The position numbers were made by a program, and so were the translations under genes. Positions 38,945 through 45,964 of a stretch of DNA of 45,964 nucleotides are shown piece after piece. The stretch spans positions 1 to 45,964 of the forward strand of contig CALIRX010000007.1 in the NCBI GenBank assembly GCA_938042055.1, read 5' to 3'. Each line of letters begins with the position of its first letter. Position 1 is the stretch's first letter. The DNA is from an uncultured Candidatus Saccharibacteria bacterium (GTDB taxonomy: Bacteria > Patescibacteriota > Saccharimonadia > Saccharimonadales > Saccharimonadaceae). The notes beneath the pieces were generated by a model. It searched no databases, was not told the origin of the DNA, and saw only the letters and a program-made list of their open reading frames with translations.

Positions 38945-39009
38945 ACACTCTGAAATATTTGCAGATGTCTTAAAGCATTTTTACAGAACGCTTGTTTATA
39001 GTGGTTTGC

Positions 39010-41640
39010 ATGAGAGCAATAACCACACCCCAGCCATTAGCTAGGTCGCGACTTATTACGTCCGATTCTAGTCCATCGCCGTTTCGAGCGATAGTTAATC
39101 CATTTGTCGACATAGTCGTCGTGCCGGTGCTGAACGAGGAGAAAATTCTTCAAAGCAGCATTGAAACGCTTGACGAATACATGATGGAAAATTTGCCATA
39201 TCGTTATCAGATAACAATTGCAGATAATGGTAGCCAAGATAACACCTTAAAAATAGCGAAAAGCTTGGCGCAAAACCATCAATCAGTTCGTGCCGTAAGG
39301 CTGGCTGAACGCGGTCGCGGGCGAGCATTAAAGCAGGTTTGGCAAAGCAGTCAGGCGGATATCCTGACATATATGGATGTCGATTTATCCACTAGTTTGG
39401 ATGATTTTCTGCCGATGATTCAGCCGCTTGTGGCGGGCGAAGCTGGCGTGGGGATCGGTTCTCGATTGATGAAAAAATCAAAGACCAGCCGCGGTTTTAA
39501 GCGGGAGTTTATTTCACGGTGTTATAACAAGATTATCAAATTGACGTCGCGGACCAAATTTAGCGATGCGCAATGTGGATTCAAGGCAGTTCGTCGCGAT
39601 GTAGCGAAGAGATTTTTGCCAAAAATTAAGGACAATGAATGGTTCTTCGACACAGAGCTTTTGATTAAAACGGAGCGCGCGGGCGTGCCGATTCACGAGC
39701 AACCCGTTACTTGGATTGAAGATACTGATAGTCGTGTGAAGATTGTAAAAACTGCGATCGATGATTTAAAAGGACTTCATCGAGTTAATAAGGAATTGGA
39801 CAATCGTTCGTGGCTTGAGAAAATGGCTCTTCCGATATTACTGATTGCGACGGGTGCGTTGTATATGTTTGGCGCGATGCATAATGGCATGGCGAACAGT
39901 TATTACGCGGCGGCGGTGCAGGCAGCAAGCCAAAGTTGGACGGCGTGGCTGTTTGGTAGTTTGGACGCGGCGAATTATGTTTCAATCGACAAGCCTCCGC
40001 TGGCGACGATGATAATGGGACTTAGCGCTCGACTGTTTGGTTTTTTCAGCTTTTCAATGTTACTACCAAGCGTATTAGCGGGCGTTGGTTCGGTTTGGCT
40101 GTTGTATTCGGCAGTGAAACGACAATTCGGCTTTACCAGCGCGATGATTTCTGCAGTCACATTAATGCTAACTCCTGTTGCGGCGTTGATGTTCGGATTT
40201 AATAATCCAGATGCTATCTTGACATTTATGCTCACCGCCAGCGGTTACGCATTTCTCAGGTCGTTAGAAGGTAGGCGTCCGCTTTTATGGCTTGGTCTGG
40301 CGGGGTTGTTTACGGGACTAGCGTTTAACACGAAAATGCTCCAGGGCTTGATGGTTTTGCCTGCGATGGTAATTGTCTATCTAGCGTTCGCCAAGCCGCC
40401 AATTGTTACGCGATTTCTACATTTGATGTTTGCGGGCGTAATTACGACGGTGTCGACTTTATGGTGGAGCGTGCTTGTTTGGCTGACGCCGTCTGGCAAT
40501 CGACCGTGGGTTGGTAGTACGAATGACAATAGTATTTGGAGTTTGATTTTTGGCTATAACGGTTTTGGTCGACTATTGGGAAACCGCGGCGGCGGAGGTG
40601 GTGGAATGGCAATGGCAAGCCCTGGCGGAATGGGTGGCGCTCCCAGTGGCGGTCACGGTCCTGGAGGTACTGGATTTGGCGGGCAAACGGGAATATTTAG
40701 GATATTTAATAACGATTTTGGACCGAACATTGCATGGTTGTTAGTCTTAGCATTAGCGAGCGGCGGACTGCTCTTATGGATTTTACGCAAGACTACGCGG
40801 ACTAATCGCGGGCGAGCAGCGGCGATATTCTGGATGCTTTGGCTGATCATTCACATCGTAATATTTAGCATGACTAGCGGCGTGATTCATCCGTACTACG
40901 TGGTGGTTATGGCACCGGCTGTCGCGGCTCTGGTTGGGATTGGCGCGCCGTTTCTGTGGGGTGCGTACGTCAGACGAAAGTCGTATGCTTGGATTTTACC
41001 GATGTTGGTCGGCGTAACGGCGGCGATTGCGATAATTATCCTTAGCTACGCTGGTACGATGACTTGGCTAATGTGGACGGTTGGTATTCTGGGAGCTATC
41101 GGTATGACGGGACTATTGGTCAATTTGTATATGCCGAAACGTTGGCTTCAGAACTTGGCAATTGTCACCTCTGTGGCTGCATGTATGGTCGCTCCAGTTA
41201 TTTACACATTGTCGACCGTCAACGTCACGCATACGGGCAGCATTCCGACGGCTGGTCCGAACTCAACAGCGATGCAGGGAAGTAATAATGAAAAATCTCA
41301 GGCAGACAGCACGTTGGTTCAGTATCTTTTACAAAACCAAAATGGTGCAACTTGGTTAGTGGCAGTGGATAGCGCCAATGAATCGGCGGCAATTCAGCTA
41401 ACCAGCGGTCAACCGGTCATGGCAATTGGTGGCTTTAACGGCAGCGACACGCCACTCACGCTTGAACAATTTAAGCAATTGGTGGCGGATGGTAAATTGA
41501 AATATTATGCCGCTAGCTCACACGGTCATGGCGGTGGTCCAAATGGCGGAAATAGCGAAATCACAAATTGGATTAAGAAAAACGGTAAAGTCGTTAATTA
41601 TGGAGGTAGTGATGTAACATTATACGAACTGTCTGCATAG
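39010..41640 (+). CDS. Fusion of a polyprenol-phosphate sugar synthase (GT2) and an ArnT/PMT-type (GT39/GT83, YkcB-like) membrane glycosyltransferase
   Basis: N-terminal VPVLNEE, DNGSQD, YMDVDLST, DAQCGFKA, WFFDTELL; then NSYYAAAV, DKPP, NNPD, FNTKMLQ, GYNGFGRL, IHPYY, MAIGGFNGSD. ATG 39010 lies 7 nt after TATAGT. Confidence 0.9.
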   Translation: MRAITTPQPLARSRLITSDSSPSPFRAIVNPFVDIVVVPVLNEEKILQSSIETLDEYMMENLPYRYQITIADNGSQDNTLKIAKSLAQNHQSVRAVRLAERGRGRALKQVWQSSQADILTYMDVDLSTSLDDFLPMIQPLVAGEAGVGIGSRLMKKSKTSRGFKREFISRCYNKIIKLTSRTKFSDAQCGFKAVRRDVAKRFLPKIKDNEWFFDTELLIKTERAGVPIHEQPVTWIEDTDSRVKIVKTAIDDLKGLHRVNKELDNRSWLEKMALPILLIATGALYMFGAMHNGMANSYYAAAVQAASQSWTAWLFGSLDAANYVSIDKPPLATMIMGLSARLFGFFSFSMLLPSVLAGVGSVWLLYSAVKRQFGFTSAMISAVTLMLTPVAALMFGFNNPDAILTFMLTASGYAFLRSLEGRRPLLWLGLAGLFTGLAFNTKMLQGLMVLPAMVIVYLAFAKPPIVTRFLHLMFAGVITTVSTLWWSVLVWLTPSGNRPWVGSTNDNSIWSLIFGYNGFGRLLGNRGGGGGGMAMASPGGMGGAPSGGHGPGGTGFGGQTGIFRIFNNDFGPNIAWLLVLALASGGLLLWILRKTTRTNRGRAAAIFWMLWLIIHIVIFSMTSGVIHPYYVVVMAPAVAALVGIGAPFLWGAYVRRKSYAWILPMLVGVTAAIAIIILSYAGTMTWLMWTVGILGAIGMTGLLVNLYMPKRWLQNLAIVTSVAACMVAPVIYTLSTVNVTHTGSIPTAGPNSTAMQGSNNEKSQADSTLVQYLLQNQNGATWLVAVDSANESAAIQLTSGQPVMAIGGFNGSDTPLTLEQFKQLVADGKLKYYAASSHGHGGGPNGGNSEITNWIKKNGKVVNYGGSDVTLYELSA

Positions 41641-41669
41641 GAAATAAATTTAACCAAAGGAGAAATATT

Positions 41670-42101
41670 ATGAGAAAATTAGATCAAGAATCTCAAACAA
41701 CACCAGAAAATATCTTTAACAATTCGGAATACGCCTCGAACGAAAAACGCTCAATTAGCGTCGGCGCGGCAATGGGAATAGCAATTGGCGGCGTGGTTTT
41801 GTGCGGACTGGGATTTGTTGCGGGTATGCAAGTTGGCGGCTCAAGCGGAAGCCAAATGAGCGGGCAAGCTGGCGGTCCTCCAGGAATGAGCCAATCTCAA
41901 GGCGGTCCTGGCGGATCTAGGCAGCAATCTGGCGGAAATGGCAGTACGTCTCAAGCTCAATCTGGTCAATCGGGACAATCGGGTTCATCTTCAACTGGAC
42001 AAACTCCGTCAGCTCAAAATAGCACAGCCAACACGCCGCCATCAGACGCTTCACAGTCTGGCGTGGCACCGCAACCAACTTCTCAATCCTCTCGACAATA
42101 A
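41670..42101 (+). CDS. Single-TM protein with a Gly/Ser/Gln/Thr-rich disordered tail
   Basis: SD AAGGAG; TM GAAMGIAIGGVVLCGLGFVAG; low-complexity tail; co-oriented with the GT fusion. Confidence 0.75.
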   Translation: MRKLDQESQTTPENIFNNSEYASNEKRSISVGAAMGIAIGGVVLCGLGFVAGMQVGGSSGSQMSGQAGGPPGMSQSQGGPGGSRQQSGGNGSTSQAQSGQSGQSGSSSTGQTPSAQNSTANTPPSDASQSGVAPQPTSQSSRQ

Positions 42102-42117
42102 AAACCAACTTCTCAAT
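42073..42117. repeat. 15-bp direct repeat AACCAACTTCTCAAT straddling the stop codon
   Basis: Copies at 42073-42087 and 42103-42117. Confidence 0.85.
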
Positions 42118-42152
42118 AAAAAATTACCACCTCATCACGGGGTGGTAATTTT
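42118..42152. terminator. Bidirectional intrinsic terminator
   Basis: AAAATTACCACC...GGTGGTAATTTT hairpin with A/T tails, between convergent genes. Confidence 0.85.
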
Positions 42153-42165
42153 ATGTAGTTGCAGG

Positions 42166-43887
42166 TTAGCGCAGAATGAATAGTCCTGCGGCAACTAATG
42201 CTAGGATGGCGATAACACCTAAGAAGACATTAAATCCTGTGTTTGCGAGTAGGCCGCTTACGGCATTCTGAGGCTTATTAGCTGGATTATGAGCGGCAGC
42301 TGACGGATTTCCAGGCTGAGGCTGCGGCTGTGGTTGTGGTTGTACTGCCCTAGGGATCGCTGATGTGTCAATAGCCAGAGTACCGCTAAACACAGCTTGA
42401 AGTCTTCCTATGACGGTTATCCCGTTTACCCAAGAAACATTCAAAATAGGGGATGCTCCGTTGGCTGGTAGCGATAGTATATGAACTTTTCCAATAGTTT
42501 CTGTATCGTTGATGACATCTTCTGAGTGAAATATATAAAATGGACTTCCCGTGATATCTCTCATTGGTGAAACAAATGATTTGTCGTTAGGCTTAACAGT
42601 AGTCCGCTGATCTTCAAGATGTAGGGAAGTTAGGGATGTTAATCCAGCTAGCGGACTTATGTCGGTGATGGCATTCTCTTTTAGAGACAGGGTCTTTAGA
42701 GAAGTTAGACCGGATAGTGGGCTTAGATCTGAGATTGAGTTGTGGTTTAATGACAAATTCTTAAGGTTTTTGGCAGCTTCTATTCCAGTTAGGCTGGTAA
42801 TGTTTGAGTTGTCCAGGTTAAGATCTGTCAATTTTTCTAGCTCTACGTCAGTAATTTTTTGATTTTCTGTACGAGTTGTGCCAAGTTTTTCTCCCAGTTT
42901 TTTATTAAGTAGTTTACGTAGCTCTGTATCTTTTACTTCAATCTCTTTAGGTTGTCGTCTTTGGTATATACGAACGTAGTCGACTGACATAGTTGCAGGG
43001 AATGTGCCTGGTTCTTCTGCTACGACATTGTAAGCATTCGACCATTTACCACCAGGACCGTCGATATAAGTACCGCCAATTGCCATGTTAAGACGCAGGA
43101 AGAATGGTACGTCGAATGGTCCGTGCGGTGTGTTTGCGGCATTTGGTTGACCAAATCCTTCAACTGTATGATAGCTTTTTCCATCAATGAAGTATTCTAG
43201 CTTTCCTTCGGTCCATTTTACTCCATATGTATGCCAGTCAGTAGTATTTGAAAAGCCTGCCGGTAGGTCCGATTTGTGGCTATTCTTGTGTGTCTTATTG
43301 GTTATGGATTTTCCCCAGTGTGCATCCGCGGCAGCATAATCCAAATCAGAACCCTTTGTTTCTACGATGTCGATTTCACCATTCATAGGCCACCCGTCAC
43401 CGTATCTTTTTACGTTAGGGCTCATCCAGAATGCTGGCCAGGTACTTTTATTATTTGGCATTTTTATGCGAGCTTCAAAATATCCGTAAGTCCAAGCTTG
43501 TTTATCTTTTGTTTCTACGAATCCAGAAGTAAAATCTTTATTTTTACCCTTATTACAGGTTACGCCTGGTTTATATAGACCGATCAGATTCAGGCTACCT
43601 CCACTGACGTTTATATTTTCCGCGGATTCTGTATAGCACCCCTGAACCTCACTAGCGTTCCAGCCTCCTATGTATGGAGACCATACATCCGTATCTAATG
43701 AATCTCCATTAAATTCATCTGACCAGACTTTCTCATATTCACTATCTGTTGGCGGATATGGACTTCCTGCGCCTTTAGCGTTATCTATAGGCAGGGCGAC
43801 TAACGACCCACCGATAATAACTGCAGCGGTCATTAATCCAGCTACCGCCTTAAGTCTTGTATTCAAAAAACGTTTTTTTATTAACAT
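42166..43887 (-). CDS. Surface GH16 glycoside hydrolase with internalin-like LRRs, QP linker and C-terminal LANTG-TM anchor
   Basis: Signal peptide, WSDEFNG, TWPAFWM, GEIDIVE (ExDxxE), WHTYGVKW, MSVDYVRIY; LRRs LSLNHNSISDLSPLSGL; (QP)5; LANTG plus hydrophobic segment and terminal Arg. Confidence 0.9.
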   Translation of the reverse strand: MLIKKRFLNTRLKAVAGLMTAAVIIGGSLVALPIDNAKGAGSPYPPTDSEYEKVWSDEFNGDSLDTDVWSPYIGGWNASEVQGCYTESAENINVSGGSLNLIGLYKPGVTCNKGKNKDFTSGFVETKDKQAWTYGYFEARIKMPNNKSTWPAFWMSPNVKRYGDGWPMNGEIDIVETKGSDLDYAAADAHWGKSITNKTHKNSHKSDLPAGFSNTTDWHTYGVKWTEGKLEYFIDGKSYHTVEGFGQPNAANTPHGPFDVPFFLRLNMAIGGTYIDGPGGKWSNAYNVVAEEPGTFPATMSVDYVRIYQRRQPKEIEVKDTELRKLLNKKLGEKLGTTRTENQKITDVELEKLTDLNLDNSNITSLTGIEAAKNLKNLSLNHNSISDLSPLSGLTSLKTLSLKENAITDISPLAGLTSLTSLHLEDQRTTVKPNDKSFVSPMRDITGSPFYIFHSEDVINDTETIGKVHILSLPANGASPILNVSWVNGITVIGRLQAVFSGTLAIDTSAIPRAVQPQPQPQPQPGNPSAAAHNPANKPQNAVSGLLANTGFNVFLGVIAILALVAAGLFILR

Positions 43888-44020
43888 TTTTTTATCTCTC
43901 CCAATATTTTGATATTTAACATCACTATAACAATAAGCGGAATAAAAGTAAAGTTTAATATGTAGCTATTTTAACAACAGAAATATAGAGGTGTCGAATA
44001 CTGAAGTTTCAGGTTGAAAT

Positions 44021-44056
44021 AAAAAATTGCCACCCCATAATGAGATGACAATTTTT
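44021..44056 (-). terminator. Intrinsic terminator of the second GH16 gene
   Basis: Minus strand AAAAATTGTCATCTCA-TTA-TGGGGTGGCAATTTTTT; pairs via G-U only on this strand and resembles the 42118-42152 hairpin. Confidence 0.75.
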
Positions 44057-44075
44057 CTGTAAACGCCTAAGCTAA

Positions 44076-45323
44076 TTAGCGATTAATAGTTAGGTTTACT
44101 GATTTTAGAGATTTGATGTTGGAAACCGCTCTTAGGTCGAAGACAGAATTGTTCTTAAGAGATAAAGTCTTAAGGTTTTTAGCTGCTTCTAATCCTGTTA
44201 GATCGTGAATCTTTTCTGCTTCTGATGCGTTGTCGGCTGCATCTAGGTTAAGATCTGTCAATTTTTCCAACTCTACGTCAGTAATTTTTTGATCGTCTTT
44301 ACGATTAGTACTAAGTGCTGCTGACAGGTTTTTATTAAGTTGAGCGCGCAAGTTATTGTCTGGTACGTTAACTTCTTTAGCTGTTCGCCTTTCGTATACG
44401 CGGACGTAATCGATTGACATAGTTGCCGGGAATGACTTTGGATATTCAGCTAGAGCGTTGTAGGCATTTGACCACTTGCTACCATTGCCGTCAATGTAAT
44501 CACCGCCAATTGCCAAGTTAAGTCGTAGAAAGAACGGCTTGTCGAATGGGCCGTAAGGTGTGTTTGCTGCGTTTGGCCACCTAAAACTACTGACGGTATG
44601 GAACTTTACGCCGTCAATGTAATATTCCAATTTTCCTTCAGTCCATTTTACGCCGTAAGTGTGCCACTGAGTAGTGTCTTTAAATCCAGCTGGCAATTTT
44701 TTACCTTGGGCGTGCTTCTTGTATCCTGGTGAGATTCCCCAGTGAGCATCTGCTGCCGCGTAATCTAAATTAGAACCTTTAGTCTCTACGATGTCAATTT
44801 CACCACTGCGAGGCCAACTACCATATGTAGATTCGTTAGGGCTCATCCAAAATGCTGGCCAAGTACTCTTATTATTTGGCATTTTTATACGAGCTTCAAT
44901 ATATCCGTAGGTCCAAAATTTTTTGCCCTTCGTTTCTACGAATCCAGAGGTGAAATTGCCGCTTTTTTCATTGCCACTACACTTTTCGCCTGGCTTGTAT
45001 AGTCCAACTATATTTAGGTTGCCGTTTTTGACATTGACATTCTCTTCTCTATCTCTATAGCAACTTTGAACGTGGTTTGCACCCCATCCGCCGCTACGTA
45101 CATTCCAGGACTCTCTATCCAATGATGTGCCGTCAAACTCGTCGCGCCAAACAGGCTCTTGATTCCAGTTGGCGCTATCATTTAGTGGATAATCATCACT
45201 AACAGTATTCTTAGCTTGTACGGTTGGCAAGGTAAGTAGTGATCCACTGACAACTAATCCAGCTATCATTATGCCGGTTAATATTTTAACTTTTGTATTT
45301 AAAAAGCGTTTTCTTATTAACAT
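44076..45323 (-). CDS. Secreted GH16 glycoside hydrolase with short LRR tail and no anchor; paralogue of 42166-43887
   Basis: Same motifs (WRDEFDG, TWPAFWM, GEIDIVE) and long identical peptides such as EARIKMPNNKSTWPAFWMSPN and QKITDVELEKLTDLNLD. Confidence 0.9.
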   Translation of the reverse strand: MLIRKRFLNTKVKILTGIMIAGLVVSGSLLTLPTVQAKNTVSDDYPLNDSANWNQEPVWRDEFDGTSLDRESWNVRSGGWGANHVQSCYRDREENVNVKNGNLNIVGLYKPGEKCSGNEKSGNFTSGFVETKGKKFWTYGYIEARIKMPNNKSTWPAFWMSPNESTYGSWPRSGEIDIVETKGSNLDYAAADAHWGISPGYKKHAQGKKLPAGFKDTTQWHTYGVKWTEGKLEYYIDGVKFHTVSSFRWPNAANTPYGPFDKPFFLRLNLAIGGDYIDGNGSKWSNAYNALAEYPKSFPATMSIDYVRVYERRTAKEVNVPDNNLRAQLNKNLSAALSTNRKDDQKITDVELEKLTDLNLDAADNASEAEKIHDLTGLEAAKNLKTLSLKNNSVFDLRAVSNIKSLKSVNLTINR

Positions 45324-45463
45324 ACACTCCCCTTAAATTTATGTTAGACACCAATTATAACAACAAGCATAATAAAAATAAAAGAAGGATAGTCAATTTT
45401 ACAGCAAAATTAAAGAATGCTCGTTTATCATAATAACCATCACTAACCAGAGAAAGGAATATT

Positions 45464-45739
45464 ATGAATAAAGTTCAATCAAAAGAAGTTAATTTAACAA
45501 CAAACGAGGCGTTAATTTTACAACAAATCTATGAAGATGGCGGCGATGACGTCGTAGTTTTGGCTGGGCAAGTTGGATTATCGCGTCGAACAGTAATGAA
45601 TATTTTGGCGGATTTGCGTCGTAAAGGTTTGATGGCGATTGATCAGATATACGGTAACGCGTGGGTGCGATTAACGGCACGCGGCAAACGGTTAGTTCAG
45701 AAAATTTGGCCAGAAGCACAAATGATAGCGATGTGTTAG
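45464..45739 (+). CDS. Small winged-helix (MarR-like) DNA-binding protein
   Basis: LTTNEALIL...LAGQVGLSRRTVMNILADLRRKGL...VRLTARG; SD AAAGGA. Confidence 0.75.
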   Translation: MNKVQSKEVNLTTNEALILQQIYEDGGDDVVVLAGQVGLSRRTVMNILADLRRKGLMAIDQIYGNAWVRLTARGKRLVQKIWPEAQMIAMC

Positions 45740-45777
45740 TGTGTGAAATTGTTGAGATATAAAGGTATAATATATCT

Positions 45778-45964
45778 GTGAGAGTTTTACTGATTGAAGA
45801 TGACGTTACGATTGCTCGACTATTAAAAGAAGGGTTGGAAGACGAGTCGTACGCGGTTGATGTGGTGAATGATGGCAGCGAAGGTTATCGAACTGCTGTC
45901 GCCGATGATTATGATGTTATTATTTTGGATATAATGTTGCCAGAAATGAATGGCTATGAAGTTT
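45778..45964 (+). CDS. Response regulator, probably OmpR/PhoB family; N-terminal part cut by the window edge (absent from the ORF track)
   Basis: Manual translation from GTG: MRVLLIEDDVTIARLLKEGLEDESYAVDVVNDGSEG...YDVIILDIMLPEMNGYEV; TATAAT 6 nt upstream. Confidence 0.9.
   Translation, partial: MRVLLIEDDVTIARLLKEGLEDESYAVDVVNDGSEGYRTAVADDYDVIILDIMLPEMNGYEV

Noticed and set aside
42314..42343. Short tandem repeat encoding QPQPQPQPQP
   Set aside because: It is a degenerate codon repeat for an ordinary linker before the anchor, not a separate element.
38391..45964. tRNA-anchored genomic island with att duplication
   Set aside because: I found no second copy of the tRNA 3' end and no integrase downstream within the window.

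Overview
A compact, AT-rich bacterial chromosome segment spanning the replication origin. It is most likely from a Saccharibacterium (TM7, Patescibacteria/CPR); this is inferred from gene content and order, not from a database search. Left to right: (1) the 3' part of a type-IV-secretion-like operon (PrgI/VirB3-like, VirB4-associated protein, VirB4 ATPase, a 1001-aa protein ending in an M15 peptidase, a lytic transglycosylase-CHAP/NlpC fusion, a PEGA-like protein), with no relaxase or integrase in the window. (2) dnaN-oriC-dnaA / rpmH-rnpA-yidC-jag, with a bipartite origin, TTTTCCACA-type DnaA boxes and a DnaA-trio unwinding element. (3) A ~24-kb surface-glycan region (gtrAB-like, wzm/wzt, GT2/GT4, rmlBCDA, priming transferase, Wzy/ligase) containing a deletion scar that joins DegT and DUF2142 remnants, a frameshifted SMR-type flippase, and a secreted lysozyme-like/repeat protein. 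(4) A LexA DNA-binding-domain-only gene, tRNA-Asn, a GT2-GT39/ArnT fusion, two tandem GH16-LRR paralogues, an HTH gene and a response regulator cut by the window edge. Many genes have a -10 hexamer only 6-10 nt before the start codon and no Shine-Dalgarno sequence, which suggests widespread leaderless mRNAs. No CRISPR array, rRNA or IS element was seen.
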